Shown one piece after another: positions 1 to 9,800 of a stretch of DNA of 64,000 nucleotides. This DNA comes from Candidatus Omnitrophota bacterium (GTDB lineage Bacteria > Omnitrophota > Gorgyraeia > Gygaellales > Profunditerraquicolaceae), in assembly GCA_049517335.1 (NCBI GenBank), contig JBEKSD010000011.1:1-64000 (forward strand), given 5' to 3'. A program made the position numbers and the translations under genes. The notes under the pieces were generated by a model. The model worked only from the letters and a program-made list of their open reading frames with translations. It was not told the DNA's origin and searched no databases. Numbering within the stretch: the stretch's first letter is position 1; every line of letters begins with the position of its first letter.

Positions 1-50
1 AAGCCAGGATTATTGAAACCTGCATTGAAAACAAACTTTTTGTAAAATGA
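1..50 (+). CDS. 3' end of an upstream CDS (partial)
   Basis: Open frame ...ARIIETCIENKLFVK* ends at TGA 48-50, overlapping the ACP start (ATGA). Confidence 0.5.
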   Translation, partial: ARIIETCIENKLFVK

Positions 51-319
51 GCCCATTTAAAAAAGAAGATTCCTCATATAATCAGGATACCTTTAACAAG
101 GTAAGCGCTATCATTGCCGAGCAGTTGGGAGTAGATAAGGACAAGGTTAAGCTTGATTCTGATCTGACCGAAGAGCTGGGGATGGACAGCTTGGACAGTG
201 TTGAGCTGGTAATGGCCCTGGAAGAGGCGTACGGAATCGAGATAGCCGACGATGATGCAGAAAAGATAAGGAAAGTTTCTGATATCCTTGACTATCTGGC
301 TAAAAGAAAGATTCAATAA
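47..319 (+). CDS. acpP: Acyl carrier protein
   Basis: LGMDSLDSVELVMALEE phosphopantetheine motif; acidic, 90 aa. Confidence 0.92.
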   Translation: MSPFKKEDSSYNQDTFNKVSAIIAEQLGVDKDKVKLDSDLTEELGMDSLDSVELVMALEEAYGIEIADDDAEKIRKVSDILDYLAKRKIQ

Positions 320-321
320 CT

Positions 322-681
322 ATGCCAAAACTGTTGATTATTGATGATGAGAAGGAAAACGCCTTTTACTTGGAAGGTTTTTTTAAGAAAAGAGGCTGTC
401 AGGTTACGACCAGTTTTACCGGCGAAGACGGCCTTGCGAGCTTTGAGAAGAGCAAACCGGATATCGTACTTTTGGATATTAAGCTGCCTGGTATAAATGG
501 CCTGGAAGTCTTAAAACGCATGCGGGAGAAGGACAAGAAAACCCCGGTAGTAATCTATACCGGTTACGGCGATGACTCAATCCGCAAGCAAGCCGAAGAA
601 CTTGGCGCAAACAATTACATTGAAAGGCCTTTTAATATGCCTCAACTTGAAGGAGTATTGGCTAAACTAATCCATAAGTAA
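322..681 (+). CDS. Single-domain response regulator (receiver)
   Basis: IIDDE, LLDIKLPG, YTG; conserved Lys replaced by Arg (ERP). Confidence 0.9.
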   Translation: MPKLLIIDDEKENAFYLEGFFKKRGCQVTTSFTGEDGLASFEKSKPDIVLLDIKLPGINGLEVLKRMREKDKKTPVVIYTGYGDDSIRKQAEELGANNYIERPFNMPQLEGVLAKLIHK

Positions 682-704
682 GTCTTTGTAAGCCGGAGGA
701 GTAT

Positions 705-1097
705 ATGAATATACCCAAGATTATTATTGCAGATGATGAAGAAGGGTTGCGCCAAACTTTAAGTAAGTTTATTTCTGAAAGGCTCCATTGCGAGCTTTAT
801 GCGGCTTCCAACGGTTATGAGGCCTTGGCGCACGTGAAAGAGAAAGGCTGCGATCTTATGCTTCTTGATTATAAGATGCCCGGGATTTCAGGCTTAGAGG
901 TTTTGAAAGAAGCTAAGAAAATAGTTCCTGAGGCAATTGTCTTCGTGATCACGAAGTGGGATAGTCCCGAGGTTTCAAAAGAAATCCAAGACTTAGGTGC
1001 CGAATACATCCCCAAACCACTTGCTTTAAAGTTACTCATGGCGAAAATCCAGGAGAAACTTAAGGCTATCAACAAATACCATCCAATAGTGTTTTAA
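705..1097 (+). CDS. Single-domain response regulator (receiver)
   Basis: ADDE, LLDYKMPG, IPKP; RBS GGAGGAG. Confidence 0.9.
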   Translation: MNIPKIIIADDEEGLRQTLSKFISERLHCELYAASNGYEALAHVKEKGCDLMLLDYKMPGISGLEVLKEAKKIVPEAIVFVITKWDSPEVSKEIQDLGAEYIPKPLALKLLMAKIQEKLKAINKYHPIVF

Positions 1098-1114
1098 TCC
1101 TTACCTATATTATG

Positions 1115-1735
1115 TTATCTGTATTTAGGAGTCTGTATAATCAGGCAGGTTGATTTTCTATTTGAAGTATTTTCAAAATAGTGAGGGCAGGTGCTTTTGA
1201 ACCAGAAAGGCTTGGAGGTTTTCTGGAGTTCATGTCTTTCGATTCCGTTCTCAGTCGTAATTACGCAGGTAATCTCTCCGCGCTGCGGATAAACCCACTT
1301 TATAAAATTTCCCTTTTCGATTGGATCCTGTTCAGTAAGAGTTTTTGCTCCCGGGTTCAGCACCAATTGTATCGGCAGAAAATCCACGTCTTTAGTTAAA
1401 ACATCGAAATAAGCGTTCTTGGAATATTCATAGCGGTCAACCTCAATTTCCTCATCAGTCCCTTTTTTAATTTCTACAGGAGCCATACCTAAAGCAGAGG
1501 CGATTTGAAAAAGAGAGGATTCCCTTATCTTTGTAAGTCCGTGCACAGTCCTGTAAAGAGTCAAATAGGTTATGGCTTCATCGCCAAACAATTCTTTGAC
1601 CTTTTTATGCAGGCTTGTCAGGTTTAGTTTATTTTCTTCGATCAATAATCTTATTTTTTCGTGGATTTTCACCTTTAAACCCTCCGATTTAATTCTATCT
1701 TTAAGAACCTGTTTTGTCAAGAGAAATTTTATCAT
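1115..1735 (-). CDS. XRE-like HTH plus cupin transcriptional regulator
   Basis: N-terminal HTH-like segment ending LFQIASALG; C-terminal cupin motif FKSTCPHYFEN. Confidence 0.7.
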   Translation of the reverse strand: MIKFLLTKQVLKDRIKSEGLKVKIHEKIRLLIEENKLNLTSLHKKVKELFGDEAITYLTLYRTVHGLTKIRESSLFQIASALGMAPVEIKKGTDEEIEVDRYEYSKNAYFDVLTKDVDFLPIQLVLNPGAKTLTEQDPIEKGNFIKWVYPQRGEITCVITTENGIERHELQKTSKPFWFKSTCPHYFENTSNRKSTCLIIQTPKYR

Positions 1736-1850
1736 TTATTGTATAAAGATGAAATATATGTTAAAAAATATTTGCTCATTTTATAGTATTATCTCATAAC
1801 ACTCTGTATGGCAAATAGTTATATCTATTTATCATATTTATCAGTAAACC

Positions 1851-1879
1851 TTGACAAATGATAAAGTGTGTGTTATACT
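1851..1879 (+). promoter_or_regulatory. Sigma70-type promoter
   Basis: TTGACA-17 bp-TATACT with TG extended -10. Confidence 0.8.
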
Positions 1880-1917
1880 TCTGCTGTAAGTTAAAAAAGG
1901 TACTTAAAGGAGCCAAA

Positions 1918-2322
1918 ATGGATCAAGCTAAATTAAAACTTTTAATTGTGGATGATGAGAAAGAAGTCTGCGAATATACCGCTTCTCATCTAAGACGTAA
2001 AGGCTACGATGCTTTGGTCGCAAATGCTCCGGAAGAAGCAATCACTGTTATTAAAGAACAGAATCCAGATCTAATGATTTTAGACATGAATTTGCCCGGG
2101 ATGAGTGGCACGGATTTATTAAAGGTAGTCAGGCAGTTTAATACTTCTGTAAAAGTTGTTATGATATCCGGCTACCCTTTAGATATTCAAAAGGATCCTC
2201 AATTCAGTGGCTTGAATATTTCAGAGTTTATGCAAAAACCTGTTCCTCTTAGCGCCCTTGACTCAATGTTGGCGAAAATAACAACCAAGGAGAAAGATGG
2301 ACATACACAAATTGATTCATGA
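1918..2322 (+). CDS. Single-domain response regulator (receiver)
   Basis: VDDE, ILDMNLPG, MQKP; ATG 1918 follows AAGGAG (the track start at 1858 lies inside the promoter). Confidence 0.9.
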   Translation: MDQAKLKLLIVDDEKEVCEYTASHLRRKGYDALVANAPEEAITVIKEQNPDLMILDMNLPGMSGTDLLKVVRQFNTSVKVVMISGYPLDIQKDPQFSGLNISEFMQKPVPLSALDSMLAKITTKEKDGHTQIDS

Positions 2323-2494
2323 TACATGCGAAGCTACAAGGCACCTTCCTTTTTTGATCGGATTAGCCGGTTCAATAAGGATTATGCCGAAACAGAATTC
2401 GCGCGAGCAAATTGGCGACCTGGGGGATGTACCAGGGGATAATATCTTGCCAAAAGAGATATTAAATTCCCTAATCTCTCGCAGGAGCCTCTAG
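2297..2494 (+). CDS. Small hypothetical protein
   Basis: 65-aa ORF with AAGGAG RBS, overlapping the previous gene; no motif recognised. Confidence 0.4.
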   Translation: MDIHKLIHDTCEATRHLPFLIGLAGSIRIMPKQNSREQIGDLGDVPGDNILPKEILNSLISRRSL

Positions 2495-2538
2495 GTCGCT
2501 TTAAATTTTTCTTTTGCCACGGAGAAAGGGAAGAAGCG

Positions 2539-2727
2539 ATGGTAAAAGTCAAATGCAAGATCTGTGGCGAAGAAGGTTACACCGCGGCGCCAAAAGTATT
2601 GAAGTGCGAATGCGGAGGAAGCTTTAGAGTGATTCGCGAGAAAAGAGAAGACAGGATCACAACGGTGGACCGCAGCATCTTAGATTTATTTAACTTCTCA
2701 AATCTTATAAATTATGGAAATAATTGA
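2539..2727 (+). CDS. Small zinc-ribbon-like protein
   Basis: CKICG...CECGG, 62 aa. Confidence 0.55.
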   Translation: MVKVKCKICGEEGYTAAPKVLKCECGGSFRVIREKREDRITTVDRSILDLFNFSNLINYGNN

Positions 2728-2905
2728 AGCCCTGATCAAAAAAGAAAACCATTCAAAAGAGGAATTCGACACTTTGGTTGTCCGGGTGAATTCGCATTAT
2801 ACCCGGCAATTAAGAAATACCACTGTGCCGCAGCACTGCGGCTTATGCAGCATATTCCGTTTTTGCAAGATTATTAACCATAAATTAATTTGCCCATGGA
2901 CTTAA
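2714..2905 (+). CDS. Small Cys-containing hypothetical protein
   Basis: CGLCSIFRFC...ICPW; overlaps the previous ORF. Confidence 0.45.
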   Translation: MEIIEALIKKENHSKEEFDTLVVRVNSHYTRQLRNTTVPQHCGLCSIFRFCKIINHKLICPWT

Positions 2906-2955
2906 AGTCAAAATCAGTTCCAATTATGAAAAAATGCAGTATAATAAAAGGCGAG

Positions 2956-3609
2956 ATGGAAGAAAAGCCTAAATTATTAGTTGTGGATGATGAAGTTGAT
3001 ATACGCGAATCTTTGGTTAATCATTTTTCGCGGCGCAACTTTATGGTTTCTGCCGCGAGTACCGGAGAGGAAGCGCTTAGATTAATTAAAGAGAATAAGC
3101 CTGATCTAGTTATTTTGGACATGAAGCTTGAGGGCAACCTAGAGGGCAAGGATGTCTTACGGATCCTTCGTGAAACTGATAAAGACACAAAAGTAGCCAT
3201 GGTCACAGGCGCAGTCCTGTCTGAACAAGAAATGCAGGATATAGCTGATTTAGGTATAGTAGATTTTGTACATAAGCCGGTAGATATTCATACGCTGGAA
3301 GTTCTTATAAAAAAAGTATTAGAGCGCAGTTATCCAAAGGCAGTCCGCTTTGAAGTAATAATGTCCAAGGAGCCGGGAGAAGATACTTCTTTAAGGCGCC
3401 TTGCTCATGATCTCTCAAATATTTCAAGCGATATCATCAATAAATGCGAACTTTACACCCTCGATGAAGAGGAAGGTTTAAATAAGAGCAAGAGTGAGAA
3501 AGAGCGCCTTGCCGAAACAACGGATATTTTAAAAGCTGTCTTGAAACATAAAGAGCGGCTTGTTGATATAGTGCAAAAATTATCTTCGCTTGCGAAGAAA
3601 GAAACATAG
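2956..3609 (+). CDS. Response regulator with C-terminal HisKA-like helical hairpin
   Basis: VDDE, ILDMKL, VHKP receiver, then LRRLAHDLSN (H-box-like); no ATPase domain; start may be 2890 or 2926. Confidence 0.8.
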   Translation: MEEKPKLLVVDDEVDIRESLVNHFSRRNFMVSAASTGEEALRLIKENKPDLVILDMKLEGNLEGKDVLRILRETDKDTKVAMVTGAVLSEQEMQDIADLGIVDFVHKPVDIHTLEVLIKKVLERSYPKAVRFEVIMSKEPGEDTSLRRLAHDLSNISSDIINKCELYTLDEEEGLNKSKSEKERLAETTDILKAVLKHKERLVDIVQKLSSLAKKET

Positions 3610-3665
3610 ATTTTTCTTGTTAAGCGGGAGGAGGACCTGCTTAACAATTATTCAAGAGTTACGGC

Positions 3666-3742
3666 ATTGCCACGGATTCCTTAAAATAAGGAATGTGCCG
3701 GACTGAAACGAAAGGTCTTGGGTCGGATCAGTTCGGTTTTTT
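3666..3742 (+). promoter_or_regulatory. Attenuator-like leader (ATTGCCACGGA motif plus terminator) before the giant gene
   Basis: GCCGGACTGA...TCAGTTCGGT plus T-tract; same motif and stem at 25991-26045. Confidence 0.55.
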
Positions 3743-3813
3743 ATTTGAGCAGTTCTTAAGAACTTTAACAAAGTCCAAAATCCTGCGAGAGTGAAAGAAA
3801 TGAGACTAAAAGG

Positions 3814-6800
3814 ATGTTGGACTGGCAGAAGCATACTAAATTAAGAATATTTATCAGGACAATCTGTATTGTCTTGATAGTTACATTCTTTTCTTATGAC
3901 CTAACCTGGGCAGGCGCAGGAGAGGTCTTCAGCAATAAGAACAAACGCGCCTCGCAAGATTCTCCTTCCGTTGAAATCCCCCAAGAACTCGGTGTAATCA
4001 AAGAATCCTATACCTCAAAATATAATCCACATAAACTGGTTATCCATATCCAGGACGCCCACGCTAATGTTGAGGCCCAGGAAAACGAAGCCAAGCTTAT
4101 TAAATACTTAAAGGATAAATATAATGTAAATCTGGTTTCAGTAGAGGGCGGGTTTGGCGATTTTGACGCAGAGTTCTTTAGGAGCTTCCCTAAGGATAAA
4201 AAAGTAAGGGACAAGATAGCCAGATATTTCCTTTCTAAGGCCTTTATCTCAGGTTCGGACTACCTGCTTATCACGGAAAAGAATCCCCCGGCAGTCTATG
4301 GCGCAGAGGACAGGGAATTATACACTGCCCATTTAAACACTTTTAAGGACAATCAGACTAGCGCGGATTCTCTAAATCGGTCGCTTAAGACCCTTGAGAG
4401 CGTTGTTTCCACCCTAAAAGACAGGTATTATTCCAAGGATTTAAAAGAGCTCGATGCTAAAATCAGCGATTTTAAGCAGGGCAGGATCTCTTTAGGGGAG
4501 TATTTGTCTTACCTTAATATAGCAGCCATTATAAACAACGCTGACTTATCAAAATTCCCCAACCTCTACAATCTTATTACTTCGCAGGAACTCGAGCACA
4601 AGATTAACTTCGAACAGGCTGAATCAGAACGCCAGGACCTGATTGATTCGCTTACCAAGGCGTTAAACAAGTCAGACCTTGAGGACTTGGTAAAAGTGAG
4701 TCTTGATTTTAAGGCAAACAAAATCACTCCTGCCGAATACTACACCTACCTTGAGAAATTAACCAAGGAAACAAGCATCCAGGTAAACAGCTACAACAAT
4801 CTCTTTACCTATATTAAGTATATAACGCTTTCCCAAAACCTGGATAATTCAAAGGTCTTTGACGAAATAGACAACTTTACGCAAAGCCTAAAAGACAGGT
4901 TAATGGTAACGGGCGTTCAAAAAGACATAGATAACCTTACCTATATTATACGCATCTTTGAAGGTTTAGCTGATATCAACCTCTCGCCTAAGGAATATGA
5001 GCATTTTAAGAATACCCGGGAAGAATTTAATCAGAGAAGGCTTGCCCAGTTGTTTAGAAGATATGTTGATTCAAGCTATCTTAAGTCTCTGCCAAACGAT
5101 GCCGAGATAGACTCTCTGGAGAAATTCTACTCCCTTGCCCATGACAGGGATAAGGCAATAGTTTCAAACTCGCTAAACAGATTAAACCGGGAATATTCCA
5201 CTAACGCCGTAATCATTGTTGCCGGCGGTTTCCATACCCAGGGACTTACCTCAATATTAAAGGAAAAAGACATTTCCTATGTTGTGGTTGCCCCAAGCAT
5301 CAAATCAGGCCAGGAGAAGGAAAACACTTATTTCGCCCTGCTTAAAGACAAGAAGCTTCCACTTTCGGATATCTTAAATGATCCCGATACCTTACAGATT
5401 ATAAACAGCATTTCTGACCCGGAAGCCCGGGAACTCTTGGTGAATTACTGGATTGCCAGGGCATCCAGATATTATTCGGTTAAAGAGCTACAGGCGCAGT
5501 TAGATAGATTGCGGTTATCTGAAGAAGATCAGAAAGCAGTAAGCCGTGCCTTAGAGGAAATCTCGCCTATTAATAAACCTGTCCAGCTAGAAGAAACAGT
5601 GCCTGCAACTATGTCAGAGCAAGAAGTCCCTGTAAAACAAGCTCCAGCTATCCAGCAAGGCCCAGGTTTGTTTGAAAGATTTGCTCAGCTAGTATCATCT
5701 ATGACAGGAAAGATAAAGAGCGTAGTAAATATCAAGAATATCTCTACAGGGATAGTTGCTGTAGCGCTCTATCTCTATTCTCCATTAGCTGCCTCTTCCT
5801 TTGATAAAGGAAGCGAGAATAAGATAGTATCTTTTGAGTTCAGTGCTGCACAAAAGAATATGATTAAAGAAGAGGTTTCCTATGTTTCTAGAAGGATGGT
5901 TCCCGAGATCTCGCAGCATAAGGTTGATGAGATAGTCAGCAATACTGTTCCTTTCAGAAAATACACACAGGAAGAGATACGCAGCTGGGTCAAAACAGCA
6001 AATAGGAATATGCTGCTTGCGCTGTCAGGTATCCCGGCATTCTTCGGATTTGCCTGCTTGTTAGAAATGGTGATATGGTATTTCTTTACCGGAGCATTCG
6101 ATCCATCCGTAGCGAAAGTATTTATCCAGCTTGGCACCTTTGGCCCGTTATTGTTTTACGCCGTGGGCGGCAGGCTTCTAAACCATTTCTCAGGCAAATC
6201 TTTATATCACTCTCAAACATTAGACTATCAGCACGGCGGTTCCGTTGAACCGGAATATAAAAAGATAGTTGTCGCCTTAAGAGAACACCTTTCAGATGAT
6301 TATCTTAAAGAAATAATCGCACATGAAACTACCCATTACCTTAGAAGCTACGGCAGATATATAAATGACGGCGAAGGCGCTTATCTTGCTAGCGCAGTTG
6401 GTTTCCTAAGGCTGCTTGAGCTGCAAGGTAATCCTGAAGAATTTCTCGCTGCCAACGCAAAGGACACCGCGGATAAAGCGGAAGAACTGGCAGCGGCTTT
6501 AAAATCAGGCACAATGCCGCAGGATACGCCGGGGATAGCTGATTTGATGGCTGAATACAAGTCAGGTCTTGAGAATTACAAATACGGCAAAGTTATAGGT
6601 TGCGTAGCCTATGGATTGTCTGTAAAAACAAATAATAAAGAAAATTCCTGGAAGTTTTTAAGATTCTTAGCCCAGGGAATCGATATTGCAGAAGCTTTTA
6701 ACGCGGTGCTCACTGGAGCAGAGATCAAGCCAAAGGCAGCCGGAAATTCCGGAAGGCTGTTAGAAAGATTAGCAAGCTTTGCCGCATCCTTAAAACCAAA

Positions 6801-9800
6801 AACCAAGGAAGCAAGGTTCATACCACAGGGAATAGCAGCAGGTAAACAGGAGCAAACAGTAATTGTTCCTGCGCCTGCAGCCCAAGAAAAGCCCGCTGCA
6901 ATAAAAGCAAAGCCTGAAATTAAAGCTAGTATTCCTCGCTTTACGATACCTAAGGTTAAGGTAAATTTACGGCCCTTCTTAACAGCGATAAGTGTTTTTA
7001 CGCTAAGTTTGTATTTTTCTACAACAGCTTTAGGTCAAGATAATTCTGCGTCTTCCAAGATATTCGCCTCATTTAGCGATGTATTTACTCATGGCGTTAC
7101 TATTTTCTTGGCGATAGCAGGTACAATTGGATATTTTGCCTACCGAATCGTTAAGAAGATCTCTTCGAAGGGAAATACTCCTGTTCAGGAAGTTGCTCCG
7201 GTTGTAATTGAGCCTGTCATAGTAACAGCTCTTGGTAGGCCTCAAGTTGCAAGGCCGGTGGCACGTATAATCAGCAACCCTCAAAGTATTCAGCCGAACC
7301 ATAATTTGCCCATTACCATGCGCCAGGAATTAGAAAATCGCATCCAGCAATTAAGCGGTTCCATTGCTCAGGGCTCAAAGGACGCTTTAGCCAGAAGTTT
7401 TAGGCCTGTCGGTCCTGCTGAGCTGCCCTTGCCAATGCCTGTGTCTATGCTTAATCAGGATGCTTCAGACAGAGACAAAGTCGTTCATATCCTAGAAAAT
7501 ATGCAGCGGATGATGGACGGCACTGATGAGAAGGTCTTGCGCGATTTTGAACGGGCTATTGATAACGCCAGGGATAGAGTTACAGAGCAGGCGCTGGATC
7601 AATACGAAGGACTTTCTGATGAGGCACTTTACCGGCTCTTAACGGATGGTTATATAGCAGAACTGGAAAGAGAATTCCAGCGTATTATTGAGAATCAAAT
7701 TCAGCACATGATTCGCTTCCATACTCCAAGTACGGAAGAGCAGGCTCTTTATGTTAGTGAAGAGATAAACGAAAAGTATTCTAGACTGCCTCGTTACTTA
7801 AAGTGGATTCTTACCAATAATCCGCAAATTGAGAATGATCCTTTGGTGCAGGAATGGATAAATACTATACAACGCCGCATGTCTCAGATACCTGCATTCC
7901 CTGAGATGATGACCGGATATTCCAAAGTTGCCTTAAATAAATCTCTATACCTAAATCCTGAAATAGCCAGGCGCGTGCTTTTATATCTGGCAAAAAAAGC
8001 CTCTCAAGATATAGAAGTAACCGAAGGCGATGTAAGAAGGGAAATCCAGGCAGAATTAGCCAGGAACTTGCCGGAAGATGTCATAGAGGGTCAGGTTGTC
8101 GTTCCAGAAGAAGAAAGCATCTCTGAACTGCCTCCGGCACCGCAAGCAAGAGCGTTGCCCGCTCCTAATATGGGAGAAGCAGAAAGCAAGAGGGCAAGGC
8201 TCAAAGCTTTGAGTGATGATTATAACCAATTCCTGGTTAAATTCAGAGAGCAGGAAGGAACAATTAATAAGGTTCAAACTGATCTTAGGGAATTAAGTGA
8301 AGGCCTGGAAGAGGCAAAAAGGCAAAACGATAGGATTGTTATTGAAGCCTTGCAGCCGGCAGTAGATGGATTAACCTCAAAACTTAGAAAAGTCAAAGAA
8401 AAGCTTGGCCGTCTTGAGCAGGAAAAAGCAAGATACGAGGAGCAGATTAATTCACTGCGCAGTGAATTAGGCGAAACCGGCGGAACAACCTTATACGCCT
8501 TGGATCCGCTTTCCATAGGAGTGGTTGCAGTATTTACGGTATTATTCGGGATCCCCCTTTATATCACCAAGAAAATTCTCAACAAATGGTTTAACACAAC
8601 GGCCGGTAAAACCTTGGGCATGACCGCGGCTATTGGTTCATTAGTTGCAGGTTATTATGCCTACCTTGTTAATTTGACCCCAAAGATTCAGGAGATCTTT
8701 ACCAATCCTAAAGAGGCAGACTGGCCGATCCTGGCAACCCTGCTTATCGCCTGGCCGGTTTCAATTGTTAGCGGAATTCTTGGCGGAAAAGTCGGCAAAG
8801 GGATTTCCCATGAAAGGCTGTATTGGAGAGCAAATTCCGAGTTTAAGAAAGGAAATACCGATGAGGCTATAAGTTTAATTAATCAAGCCATAAAACTAAA
8901 CTCTAAGAACGCGGTTGATTACAATCTTTTAGCTGAATGCCAAAGGAAGAAGAGGCGCTTTGATGACGCCGTAGCATCTTACAAAAAATCCCTGGAAATA
9001 ACGCCAGATAACAGCACCACCCATAATAATTTGGGCGTAGTTTATGTTGAAAAGGGCGATGATGTAAAAGCCATTGAAAGCTACAAGCGCTCACTTGAGC
9101 TTGATGCAAATGACCAGATAGTTTTGGCTAACTTAGGCAGATCCTTGCATAAAAAGGGACAATTGTTAGAGGCAGCAAGGGCATTTCAGCGTGCCCAGGA
9201 GATAAAACCAGATTCCTCAGTTACTGAAGAATTAAATGCGATTCTGCAGCAAACAGGAAACATTCCTAAATCCCAAAAACCGCAAGACTTGGAATACGCC
9301 AAGACATTGGGTGAATCCTTAAGAATAGAGAAAGAACGTGGTTGGATAGGGCAGCTTTCTTATGACGACAATTTGACTGCGGTCGCCTGGTTAGGCGCCG
9401 TGGTTGCTTGGATCTTAGGAGGCATATTCCTATATTACGTTCCTTACGGCCACCATTGGGAATTAGGCACATCTGACAAACCCGCTACTTTAGGATATGT
9501 AGTTTGGATTGGAGAAATTGTAGTTGCTCCGCTTTTGGGAGCTGGTTTAAGTGTCGCGGGTGTTTGGGTAAGTGAGAAGGTAACCAGCGTAGTAAAAACT
9601 GTCTACCGCTTCTTAACATTTCCGCTTACTTACCGGAAGCTACAAAAAGTTAATCTCTTGCTTTCGGATGAGCTCTCAGATAGAGACATAAGCAGCGTGG
9701 CCCCCATATACGCCCGTATGTCTAAGGAATACCTAGAGAAGATCTTTCGTTCTTGGATGGAAGCAGGACAAGAAGAAAAGATTGCCCGGCTATTCAAATT

